From Candidatus Woesearchaeota archaeon (GTDB lineage Archaea; Nanobdellota; Nanobdellia; Woesearchaeales; WJKR01): a DNA stretch of 42,149 bases. The notes under the pieces are model-generated. The model did not search any database and was not told the origin of the DNA. It saw only the letters and a program-made list of their open reading frames with translations. Shown here piece by piece: positions 18,304 to 26,678 of this stretch (position 1 is its first letter; each line of letters opens with the position of its first letter). The stretch covers positions 1-42,149 of the forward strand of contig WJKR01000009.1 in assembly GCA_014729015.1 (NCBI GenBank), in the 5' to 3' direction. The translations under genes and the position numbers were made by a program.

Positions 18304-20229
18304 ATGCGTTTCAGGGAGTTCGTGTTGGACCCGTTCCAGGAGGAGGCAGTCCGCGCGGTTGATCGTCACGAATCAGTGGTGGTGTCAGCAGCGACGGGTA
18401 CGGGCAAGACGCTCATCGCTGACTTCACCATTGACAAGTTCTTGCTGCGCGGCGGCCGTATCATCTATACCGCCCCTATCAAGGCGCTCTCCAACCAGAA
18501 GTTCAAGGACTTCAAGCGCGAGTACGGCGAGACGAACGTGGGTATCATGACCGGCGATGTGGTCATCAATCCTGATGCGGCGGTGCTGGTCATGACGACC
18601 GAGATCTACCGCAACATGCTCTTGGCCCGTGACCAGTTGGTCATGGATGTCTCGTACGTGGTGTTTGATGAGATACATTACATGAATGATCCTGAGCGAG
18701 GCACGGTGTGGGAGGAGAGTGTCATCTTCAGCCCTCCGCACATCCGCTTCTTGTGCTTGTCAGCCACGATTCCGAACGCCAAGGAGTTCGCTGGTTGGGT
18801 GCAGCACGTCAAGGAGCACAAGGTCTCCGTGGTACGGCATGACAAGCGAGCAGTGCCCTTGGAGCATTACGTGTACGATGTCGAGGCAGGCGTGACAACG
18901 GCAGAGAAGCTGCGCGGCCTGTTACGGATTCCTTCGTATGGTCGTGCCCGCGGCCGTCGTGGTCGCAAGTGGAGGCGGGACAAGCACGAGGCGCCCAAGC
19001 CCGAAGCGGTCATTCTCGAGATGCATGACAAGCTGCCGGCGATCGTGTTCTCCTTTTCCCGCAAGGGGTGCGAGGAGGAGGCGTGGCGCCTCGTGCAACG
19101 GCATGACTTCGTGAAAGGCGGTGATGAGCAGCGGAGGATTACCGAGGTGTACCGTCGTCATTTCACGCCCGAGGTGAACAAGATGCGCACCACGGCGAGG
19201 CTGCGGCAGTGCTTGTCCAAAGGCGTCGGCTTCCATCACGCGGGCTTGTTGCCGCAGCACAAGGAGGCGGTGGAGGAGTTGTTCGGCGCCGGGTTGTTGC
19301 AAGTGCTTTTTGCCACGGAGACCTTCAGCGTCGGTATCAACATGCCGGCGAAGACCGTCGTTTTCAATGGCTTGCGCAAGTTCGACGGCCAGAACTTCCG
19401 GATGGTCAATTCCAAGGAGTACTTCCAGCTTGCGGGGCGTGCCGGTCGTCGGGGGATTGATTCCATCGGTTATGTCGTGGCGATGGTCAATCGGCGGGAG
19501 AACAATGTCGATGAGCTGATCAAGGTGTCTGCTGCTGACACCGAGCCTATCAGGAGCCAGTTCTCGCTCTCGTTCAATACGGTGTTGAACCTGGTCGCGA
19601 TGTATGATGACCGGGAGATTGAGAAGGTATTGAAGAGCAATTTCGATTATTATCTCAAGCGTAAGCAGAGCAATCGCCAGGTGCGCGTCATGGCCTCGTT
19701 CAACAACAAGAGGCGCGTGTTGACGAAGATGCGGTACTTGACGAAGAATGGTGAGTTGACGGACAAGGGGTTGTTCGCGCGGTTCATCTACTTTGAGGAG
19801 TTGCTGGTGTCGGAGATATTCACGACGACGTTGTATGAGAAATTGACGGACACGGAGTTGTTGCAATTAATCGCCGCCATTATTTATGAGCAGCGCCAGA
19901 ATGACCATTTCTCGTTCAAGGGCATCCAGAAGCAGTACGAGCGTTTGTTGCGGAAGATTATCAGGACGAACCCGTTCGTGGAGAAGAAGCTGAACAAGTT
20001 GTCGTTGAAGCGGATGATGGCGCTCGTCGGCGCCTGGTCGGAAGGGACTGCTTTCAGTGACTTGTTGCCGTTGACGTCGCTGGCGGAAGGGGATATTATC
20101 AGGTTGTTCAGGCGTATCATCGACATGATCGGACAAATCCTTAGGGCGACGACCGATGACGAGTTGCGGGAACGATTGCACCAGTGCCAGGAGCGCATCG
20201 ATCGTGACCTGGTCACGGTGGAGTTCTAG
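18304..20229 (+). CDS. Ski2/Mtr4/HelY-like DExH RNA helicase with DSHCT-like C-terminus
   Basis: LDPFQ, ATGTGKT, APIKALSNQK, GIMTGD, MTTEIYRNML, DEIHY, RGTVWEE, LSATIPN, HHAGLLP, ATETFSVGINMPA, QLAGRAGRRG, EGDIIRLFRR, IDRDLV. Confidence 0.95.
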   Translation: MRFREFVLDPFQEEAVRAVDRHESVVVSAATGTGKTLIADFTIDKFLLRGGRIIYTAPIKALSNQKFKDFKREYGETNVGIMTGDVVINPDAAVLVMTTEIYRNMLLARDQLVMDVSYVVFDEIHYMNDPERGTVWEESVIFSPPHIRFLCLSATIPNAKEFAGWVQHVKEHKVSVVRHDKRAVPLEHYVYDVEAGVTTAEKLRGLLRIPSYGRARGRRGRKWRRDKHEAPKPEAVILEMHDKLPAIVFSFSRKGCEEEAWRLVQRHDFVKGGDEQRRITEVYRRHFTPEVNKMRTTARLRQCLSKGVGFHHAGLLPQHKEAVEELFGAGLLQVLFATETFSVGINMPAKTVVFNGLRKFDGQNFRMVNSKEYFQLAGRAGRRGIDSIGYVVAMVNRRENNVDELIKVSAADTEPIRSQFSLSFNTVLNLVAMYDDREIEKVLKSNFDYYLKRKQSNRQVRVMASFNNKRRVLTKMRYLTKNGELTDKGLFARFIYFEELLVSEIFTTTLYEKLTDTELLQLIAAIIYEQRQNDHFSFKGIQKQYERLLRKIIRTNPFVEKKLNKLSLKRMMALVGAWSEGTAFSDLLPLTSLAEGDIIRLFRRIIDMIGQILRATTDDELRERLHQCQERIDRDLVTVEF

Positions 20230-20618
20230 AACTGCAGATTTATCCTCACCAGTGAGTGGTTGATGAGAGCTGCGAGGACGCGTTGCTCTCCTTGGTTGAA
20301 GCTCTTGCTCAGCTCTTTCACCTTGATGAAGAACGCGTTTTCTTCCGGCTTGGTATTCACCCATATCTGCGTGGTCTGCTTGTCCTTGCCTTCGCCGAAG
20401 GAATGGTAGAAGCTCGCTTCTGCTTTTTTTTGTTCCAGCACCAAGAGTATCTCTCCGAGCTCGGCGTCGTTCATCTTGACCTTCTTCCACTGCCACTTGT
20501 CGCTGCTTTCGGTGCCGAAGTGGAACATGACCGTGCCGTCGTCGTACAACAAGTATTTGAAGCAGTTGCCTTTGCCGAAGAAGCTCCTCTTGATGAGCTG
20601 TTTTGGCGGTTGTTTCAT
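20226..20618 (-). CDS. Hypothetical protein, candidate Whirly/PC4-fold single-stranded nucleic acid binding protein
   Basis: 130 aa starting MKQPPKQ at ATG 20618 (3' part of ORF 20226..21191), TATA-like box upstream; two beta-beta-beta(-beta)-alpha units resembling plant Whirly. Confidence 0.7.
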   Translation of the reverse strand: MKQPPKQLIKRSFFGKGNCFKYLLYDDGTVMFHFGTESSDKWQWKKVKMNDAELGEILLVLEQKKAEASFYHSFGEGKDKQTTQIWVNTKPEENAFFIKVKELSKSFNQGEQRVLAALINHSLVRINLQF

Positions 20619-20714
20619 GGATGATGGTAGGCGGAAAGGGTATTTATACCCTTGGGCCGTGGCTGACCAGTGGGAAGCAAAACCTTTATGAAGGTGCGCC
20701 GGTCTATGATAGGC

Positions 20715-21767
20715 ATGGTTTCCTTCACGCTCGTCGAGCGGGACGCGCAGCTGCGCGGCTTGGTGCAGCAGTGGCGTCGGGCTCGGGAATTGGCGATCGA
20801 CCTGGAGATGGAGGCGCACCTCCACCACTACGGCGTGCACCTCTCCTTGGTCCAGGTGTCTGACGGCAAGTGCGTGTGGGTGGTGGACATGCTGGCGATC
20901 ACTGACCCTTCTTCCTTGGTGGCGTTGTTCGAGGACGCACGCGTCGTGAAGGTCTTCCATGACGTCTCGTTCGATTTCCGCGTGTTGGAAGAATTGTTGG
21001 GGTGCAACCCGAAGAACATCTTTGACACCAAGGTGGCGGCGTTGCTGGCCGGCCGTGAGACGATCAGCCTCGGCGGCCTGCTGGAAGAGGAGTTCGGCGT
21101 GGTGAAGCAGGAGAAGTTCCAGCGCGTGGACTGGTTGGAGCGGCCGTTGTCGCGGGAGCGGTTGGCGTACGCCGCTGGTGACGTCGAGCACTTGTTGCGC
21201 TTGAAGGCAGTCTTGGTCAAGGAGTTGCGTTCTTTAGGCAGGCTGTCGTGGTGCGAGGAGGAATGCCGTTACTTGGAGCGCTCGTCGCACAAGGCGGAGG
21301 AGCGCACCTTTGATGATGTGAAGGGCGCGAAGGCGTTGTCTGAGCAGCGGCGCGGCGTGTTGCGGGAGTTGTACAAGGAGCGCGAGAAGCTGGCGAGGCG
21401 GTTGGACAAGCCCGTGTTTTTCGTGATCTCTGACAAGTTGTTGGTCGCTTTGGCGAAGCAGTCACCTCGTTCTGCGCGTCGATGGCAGTCGTTGAAGGGC
21501 GTGCATCCCGCTGTGCGCCGGGCTGCGAACAGGTTCGCCAGTGCGGTGTGTCGGGCGAAGCCGGCGCCGCGGATGGCGGTGAGGCGGCGGCGGTTGTCTC
21601 GCCGCCAGCGGTCCTCCTTGGACGCGTTGTTGGATCGCCGCGATGCCATCGCCCGTCGCCTCGGGTTGGAGCCGCACCTTGTCCTTTCCAAGGAGCAGGC
21701 GATCGCGGTGGTGACGAACGGCGGCGGTCCCCGTGCGTGGCAGCGCTCGTTGCTGTCCTTGACGTGA
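20715..21767 (+). CDS. rnd: RNase D / Rrp6-like DEDDy 3'-5' exonuclease with HRDC domain
   Basis: IDLE (Exo I), LVQVS, KVFHDVSFD (Exo II), FDTKVAA, DWLERPL, YAAGD (Exo III); HRDC REKLARRLDKPVFFVISDKLL. Confidence 0.9.
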   Translation: MVSFTLVERDAQLRGLVQQWRRARELAIDLEMEAHLHHYGVHLSLVQVSDGKCVWVVDMLAITDPSSLVALFEDARVVKVFHDVSFDFRVLEELLGCNPKNIFDTKVAALLAGRETISLGGLLEEEFGVVKQEKFQRVDWLERPLSRERLAYAAGDVEHLLRLKAVLVKELRSLGRLSWCEEECRYLERSSHKAEERTFDDVKGAKALSEQRRGVLRELYKEREKLARRLDKPVFFVISDKLLVALAKQSPRSARRWQSLKGVHPAVRRAANRFASAVCRAKPAPRMAVRRRRLSRRQRSSLDALLDRRDAIARRLGLEPHLVLSKEQAIAVVTNGGGPRAWQRSLLSLT

Positions 21768-21806
21768 AGCGCAAAGGTTATATAGCTGCTTTTCTTTGTA
21801 GGGGGT

Positions 21807-21944
21807 ATGGCTGGGAAATCCACGCACGTCGGCAAGGAGACTGAGGTTGATAATGATGACGGCTTGTCGGCGACCGAGCGCGATCGCAAGGAGGATAGGG
21901 AGCGGTTGTATCGGTGGTTGCGCGAGTCCAAGCGTCGCGTCTAG
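21807..21944 (+). CDS. Small charged protein (45 aa)
   Basis: TTATATA box, GGGGGT RBS, MAGKSTHVGKETEVDNDDGLSATERDRKEDRERLYRWLRESKRRV; below the ORF track cutoff. Confidence 0.55.
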   Translation: MAGKSTHVGKETEVDNDDGLSATERDRKEDRERLYRWLRESKRRV

Positions 21945-22117
21945 GGCTTTGTTCTGAAATACAGGTACGCCCTTTGCGCTCCTAAGAGGACGACGCCGAC
22001 TATCATCGCTTCGATGATGTGTTGCGTGAAGAACAGGACTATGAGGATGACGATTATGATGATGGTGATTGTTTGTAACAGTTTTTGTTCTTTTGCTGGG
22101 AGTTTTGCTACTTTCAT
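21941..22117 (-). CDS. Small two-helix membrane protein (58 aa)
   Basis: MKVAKLPAKEQKLLQTITIIIIVILIVLFFTQHIIEAMIVGVVLLGAQRAYLYFRTKP; TATA-like box upstream. Confidence 0.55.
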   Translation of the reverse strand: MKVAKLPAKEQKLLQTITIIIIVILIVLFFTQHIIEAMIVGVVLLGAQRAYLYFRTKP

Positions 22118-22294
22118 TATTGTTTATGGGTTGGGGCCTTCTTAAATAATCTGTGTTTTATTGAGTTTTTTTTCTCATAGGTGTTATGGTGATTTTCAAG
22201 TATATAAATAGTTCTATTTTTCACCACTTTTCAGTGATAACCAAGTTATGTTCTCATAAATAATTTATAAACACTTCCAGAAAAAAAGCAAAAA

Positions 22295-22786
22295 TTACTT
22301 TATTCCCTTCATATCTTCCAACAAGTCTTGCAAGTCTTCCTCGTGCTCGACCTCGTCTTCCATGATCTTCCTGACCATGTTGAACGTGATGGGGTCATTG
22401 CCCAGTTTGACCTTTTCAAGGATATTATGGTAGGTCATGATAGCGCACTGCTCACCCTTGATGTTCTGCTTCAGGAGCGCTTTGACCGACGGGTTCTTCG
22501 GCAGCTCATACCCGCAAGTCGATTGCCTTTTCCACTCGCTCGGGTCGATGATGGGCTCCCCTCCCAATTGCACGATGCGATCCGCGAGCATGTTCGCGTG
22601 TTTTAGTTCGTCCTGCGAGTGCTCCTCGAGCTCTGCCTCGACGTTCGGCCGCATCGGGCCTTTCACGATCTTGGCGCCGACCCAGTACTGGTAGACGGCG
22701 AGCCATTCGTCCGCTAATGCTTTGTTCAAGAGCTTGATGAGTTCTTTGACATCCATGCCCACAATTTTTGTTCCTACTGTTCCCAT
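22295..22786 (-). CDS. DPS-like ferritin family protein (DPSL)
   Basis: Di-iron motifs ADEW, DELKH, GEQCA, DEVEH plus the Cys pair (STCGY, EQCAI) typical of DPSL. Confidence 0.88.
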   Translation of the reverse strand: MGTVGTKIVGMDVKELIKLLNKALADEWLAVYQYWVGAKIVKGPMRPNVEAELEEHSQDELKHANMLADRIVQLGGEPIIDPSEWKRQSTCGYELPKNPSVKALLKQNIKGEQCAIMTYHNILEKVKLGNDPITFNMVRKIMEDEVEHEEDLQDLLEDMKGIK

Positions 22787-22850
22787 GGTTTGACCACCTC
22801 TACCTAGGAAAACGCTTGGTTTTTATAAATGTATCTTCTGGTAGGAAGCG

Positions 22851-23057
22851 TCAATCATTATTTTTTTGCTGTTGTGATCGGTAGAGGTCAAGGTCTCGTA
22901 TCGCGTATTTCGTCTCTTCCTCGTATAACGGGAAGAAGCATCTGTCTGGCTGGAACCCCTCAATGCCTTCCTCGAGGCATTGCAGGACGAACTCCTTCTC
23001 ACGCGTTAGCATCTCCTCGGCAGCGGCGACTTTGTTGTTGAGGGAGAGGTCATGCAT
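22851..23057 (-). CDS. Hypothetical protein (68 aa)
   Basis: ATG start, protein-like composition, fills the gap between the tRNA and DPSL. Confidence 0.55.
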   Translation of the reverse strand: MHDLSLNNKVAAAEEMLTREKEFVLQCLEEGIEGFQPDRCFFPLYEEETKYAIRDLDLYRSQQQKNND

Positions 23058-23108
23058 GAGTTATGATAAGCGGTGAAGGTTTACGTATGTTGGTAGTAGA
23101 AGAAGGGA

Positions 23109-23225
23109 TAGCCCCGCCCGGATTCGAACCGAGGTCCCAAGGTCCAGGGCCTTGGATGATTGACCGCGACGCTTACGTCCGGTCATCCGAACGCAAGTGA
23201 GGTTTGGCCACTACACTACGGGGCT
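23109..23225 (-). tRNA. tRNA-Gln(CUG) with 44-nt D-loop intron (23160-23203)
   Basis: Acceptor AGCCCCG/CGGGGCT plus discriminator A; anticodon arm CAAGG-CCCTGGA-CCTTG; T arm CTCGG-TTCGAAT-CCGGG; removing the insert gives a 73-nt cloverleaf; CCA not encoded; TTTAAA box upstream. Confidence 0.9.
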
Positions 23226-23331
23226 GTCGTTTGCTGGCAAGCGCGTGGTTGTTTTTAAATCTTCTTCTCAACCATAAGAACAACATTTATATACTCTTGT
23301 TGTTAGCTCTTGCAGGAGAGGTGGTTATACT

Positions 23332-23628
23332 ATGGTGTTAGTGTTCGGTTTGGATGTTCCTTTGTTTGAGTTCATGCTCGTCTTCATGGTCTTGCTCACT
23401 GCGGGCATCATCTTCATCTTGATTGAGCTGAAGCGACTGAACGAGTATCTCATCATCGAGCGAGCCGATCTCAAACGGTTGGAACGAGACCTCGGCGTGT
23501 TGGAGCACGAGGAGCGCGTCTTGGATGAGGAGGAGGCGAGGCTGGGCTTCCCGCGCGCGGCTGCGAAGCGCAGGTCTGCAAGGAAGAAGCGCGCCAAGAA
23601 GAAAGCGACGAAGAAGCGTAAGGGGTGA
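23332..23628 (+). CDS. Small membrane protein with coiled coil and Lys/Arg-rich tail
   Basis: GAGGTG RBS; N-terminal TM; tail AAKRRSARKKRAKKKATKKRKG. Confidence 0.7.
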   Translation: MVLVFGLDVPLFEFMLVFMVLLTAGIIFILIELKRLNEYLIIERADLKRLERDLGVLEHEERVLDEEEARLGFPRAAAKRRSARKKRAKKKATKKRKG

Positions 23629-23632
23629 GCGT

Positions 23633-24094
23633 TTGCGCTCCCTTGTTCTTATTTTTTGTGTGTTGTTATCGGTCGGATTAGTCGCTGGTTTCGCTGGCTT
23701 GCCGGATATCGGTGAGGATCCTGGCGAGCCCGGTTTCCCAGTGCCGGAGCCGCCGCCGGGTCTTTCTGGTGAAGATGGTGGTGAAGGCGGTGCTGGTGGC
23801 GGCGCTTTCGGCGGCGGCTCGAACGCTTCAGTCGTTGACGATCAAGGAGAGCCTGTTGATGATGACCGAAAAGGCATTGCCGGGTTGTTCGGTGGCCGTG
23901 ACGACGCTGACGAGGACGAGTCCCAAGAAGGAGTTGATGGGGGTGGCGTTGCGGATGATGTCGCTGTCGGCGTGGTGCCTGACGTGCCTGTGCTGACCTG
24001 GTTGGTCGGTGGGTTGTTGGCGGTTGTCGTCATCGTCGTTGTCGGGTTGTTGTTGTGGCGGCGGAAGAGGCAGGAGTTGCCGGACAAGATATAG
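23633..24094 (+). CDS. Exported acidic Gly/Pro-rich protein with C-terminal TM anchor
   Basis: TTG start after GGGGTGA; signal peptide; low-complexity acidic body; TM followed by RRKR. Confidence 0.7.
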   Translation: MRSLVLIFCVLLSVGLVAGFAGLPDIGEDPGEPGFPVPEPPPGLSGEDGGEGGAGGGAFGGGSNASVVDDQGEPVDDDRKGIAGLFGGRDDADEDESQEGVDGGGVADDVAVGVVPDVPVLTWLVGGLLAVVVIVVVGLLLWRRKRQELPDKI

Positions 24095-24104
24095 GGTGAT
24101 GGTG

Positions 24105-24812
24105 ATGCGTGCGTTGTACATGGATGACGCGTATCTCAAGGAATTCGATGCGGTGGTCAAGAGCGTCAAGGATGACAAGTACGTGGTGTTGGACAACACG
24201 GCGTTCTATCCGAACGGCGGCGGGCAGCCTTTTGATACGGGGAAATTGGTGAAGGACGGTGTCGCGTACCCGGTCGATTATGTGGGGAAGTTCGACGGCG
24301 ATATCAGCCATGAAGTTAGCGAACCTGGCTTGCAGGTCGGTGACGAGGTGCGTGGCGCCATCGATTGGGATCGCCGTTACAGGTTGATGCGTGCGCACAC
24401 CGCTGCCCATGTCGTCTCGGCGGTGTTCTATCATGATTTCAACTGCAGGATTACTGGTAACCAGTTGTCCGAGGAGAAGATAAGGATTGATTTCGACCTG
24501 GATGGTTTTGATAGGGGCGCGTTGCAGTCTTCTATTGATAAGGTGAACAACATTCTTGCGCAAAACTTGCCGGTGACCGTCACGTATTTGTCTCGCGAGC
24601 AGGCGTTGCAGGACTCGTCGTTGGTGAAGCTTGCGGGGGTGTTGCCGCCGGCGGTGCAGGAACTGCGTATTGTTGCTGTGGGTGGTGTGGATCGGCAAGC
24701 TGATGGCGGCACGCACGTCCGCAACACGTCCGAGGTCGGTCCTTTGGAGTTGTTGAAGGTGGAGAATAAGGGTAAGCGTAATCGTCGGGTGTATGTGCGC
24801 TTGTCGGAGTAG
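24105..24812 (+). CDS. alaX: Alanyl-tRNA editing protein AlaX-M
   Basis: LYMDDAY, TAFYPNGGGQPFDTG, IDWDRRYRLMRAHTAAH (HxxxH), ADGGTHV, NKGKRNRRVY. Confidence 0.93.
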   Translation: MRALYMDDAYLKEFDAVVKSVKDDKYVVLDNTAFYPNGGGQPFDTGKLVKDGVAYPVDYVGKFDGDISHEVSEPGLQVGDEVRGAIDWDRRYRLMRAHTAAHVVSAVFYHDFNCRITGNQLSEEKIRIDFDLDGFDRGALQSSIDKVNNILAQNLPVTVTYLSREQALQDSSLVKLAGVLPPAVQELRIVAVGGVDRQADGGTHVRNTSEVGPLELLKVENKGKRNRRVYVRLSE

Positions 24813-25014
24813 TTGTTGTTGGTGGGTGTTGTTTCCGTCTTTTAGTTGCGGTGTGTGGTTGCGGGTTTTTTTGTGGTTCGGGAAAACAAAAAAACAGTTT
24901 ACTCTTCACTATTCTAGTATATATAATCGTATCTTATTATACGGTTTACAGAAAAATATTTAAATGAGTTCGTCACATAAAGGGATTGCGGAAGAAAAAA
25001 CAGGTGAAACCAGC

Positions 25015-25491
25015 ATGACCTACGTCGCACAGATGCAGTCTATGGGCGTCATCCAACCACAAAAAGTGCAGGAACGCTACGGCATCAGTGCGGAATCCTT
25101 CAACGACATCCAGCAACACATCAACCAGCACAAGCAACAAGCAAAAGACGTCGCTCAAGGACAAGTCACCCTGGAACAATCAGAGATCCTCACCAAGCTC
25201 AAAGAAGCGCTCAAGCACCAAGCCACGCAGTTCGAGCGCTACCGCCAAATCACCGAACAGAAATTCACCACCCTCTCCAAAGAGCTCCTCGACGTCACCA
25301 TGCAATGCAAGCAGCTGCAGCACGCCGTCACCCAGATAAAAGACAAGGAAGACATCACCGCGGCCAGGGAAGCATTGCACCGCTACCAGCAAGGCGACAA
25401 GCCACCCGGAGGAGAACCCATCGACCGCAACGGCATCGCACCGAAAGACGTCCAGCTCGAGAGCATCTTCAACTTCTCAGCACGCAAATAA
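25015..25491 (+). CDS. Hypothetical Gln-rich coiled-coil protein
   Basis: AGGTGA RBS before ATG 25015; central coiled coil; compact C-terminal motif RNGIAPKDVQLESIFNF. Confidence 0.7.
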   Translation: MTYVAQMQSMGVIQPQKVQERYGISAESFNDIQQHINQHKQQAKDVAQGQVTLEQSEILTKLKEALKHQATQFERYRQITEQKFTTLSKELLDVTMQCKQLQHAVTQIKDKEDITAAREALHRYQQGDKPPGGEPIDRNGIAPKDVQLESIFNFSARK

Positions 25492-25563
25492 GGTTTGAAC
25501 GCATGCTCCCACTGGACAACCATGGCCCGAGCATTCTTAAACCGTGCATCGTTCCCCCATAGC

Positions 25564-26307
25564 ATGCTACGGAACACGTTCATCCACCTGCCCGGCATCG
25601 GCGCGCAGCAAGAGCGCTCATTACAGGCAGCAGGCATCACCGACTGGCACGCCTTCCTCCAACGAAAGCGCATCAAAGGCTTCAGCAAGGAGCGACTGGC
25701 GTTCTGCAAGCAATTGTTGCGGGCATCCCACGACGCGCTGGTGGCTGAAGACGCCGTCTTCTTCGCCTCCTTGCTCCCATCGGCCGAGCACTGGCGATCA
25801 TTCGAAGCGTTCAAGGACCACGCCGCGTACCTGGACATCGAGATCAGCCGATACCAGGAAGTCACCGTCGTTACCATCACCGACGGCGTGCAGACCAAGA
25901 CGCTCGTGAGAGGCGTGAACCTGCGCAAAGAGGAATTGGAACGCGCATTGCGCGGCGTGAAGCTCATCGTGACGTACAACGGCGCCGCATTCGACATCCC
26001 ACGGTTGCAGCGAGCCTTCGGTTGGCGGTGGAAAGGACTGCACGTCGACCTGAAAACCATCGCCCGCCGGCTCGGCTACGCCGGCGGCCTGAAGGAGATA
26101 GAGAAGCAGTTCGGGCTGACACGCGACTACGAGGAGAAGCTACACATACAGCTGAAGGGTGGCGACCCATCCTTGCTCTACAGGATGTGGCGCGGTTCCG
26201 GTGACGAGCACTACCTGCAATTGTTGTTGGCATACAACGAGGCCGACGCGTACCACTTGTTCCTGCTCAGCCAGAAGTTGCTTCGCGCCAAGGCGCTGGT
26301 CTCCTGA
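25564..26307 (+). CDS. YprB-like RNase H-fold DEDDy exonuclease with N-terminal HhH
   Basis: TFIHLPGIG HhH, LDIE, VTYNGAAFDIP, HVDL, GGLKEIEKQFG, YNEAD. Confidence 0.88.
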   Translation: MLRNTFIHLPGIGAQQERSLQAAGITDWHAFLQRKRIKGFSKERLAFCKQLLRASHDALVAEDAVFFASLLPSAEHWRSFEAFKDHAAYLDIEISRYQEVTVVTITDGVQTKTLVRGVNLRKEELERALRGVKLIVTYNGAAFDIPRLQRAFGWRWKGLHVDLKTIARRLGYAGGLKEIEKQFGLTRDYEEKLHIQLKGGDPSLLYRMWRGSGDEHYLQLLLAYNEADAYHLFLLSQKLLRAKALVS

Positions 26308-26387
26308 AACCTGCGACGACGCGGATATACCCGGCCGGGTTGCGGAAACAGTTAACTATAATAATCACCGCTTCCAGTGATGTCCGT

Positions 26388-26678
26388 ATGAGGTTCGGCG
26401 AGCTCGCTGAGAAGCATTTGTCCGTCCTCATCTTGCCGGCTGTCATCATCCTCTACAGCCTGGTCAGGGTGTGGACCGCTACGGAGGACTTCGTCGCCAT
26501 GGCGTTCAGCGCATGGGTATGGGTGTCCCTGCTCGCGCTGGGACTGGCAGGAATCTTCTTGGTACTGAACTGGTACTGGTTTAGGATGAGGATGAAGTGG
26601 TGGGGGAACTTCCTCGTCTCGGTAGGGCTGATACTGCTGTCATTGGGAATATTATTGGCAGCCGCAAGGATTCAGTAA
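26388..26678 (+). CDS. Small membrane protein (about 3 TM)
   Basis: Three hydrophobic segments; ATG 26388. Confidence 0.65.
   Translation: MRFGELAEKHLSVLILPAVIILYSLVRVWTATEDFVAMAFSAWVWVSLLALGLAGIFLVLNWYWFRMRMKWWGNFLVSVGLILLSLGILLAAARIQ

Noticed and set aside
20619..21191. N-terminal 190 aa of ORF 20226..21191
   Set aside because: Antisense to RNase D; the real gene most likely starts at ATG 20618 behind its own TATA-like box
22229..22256. dif-like GTGATAA-CCAAG-TTATGTT
   Set aside because: Spacer is 5 nt, arms are weak, and it lies in an AT-rich terminator/promoter zone where such matches arise by chance
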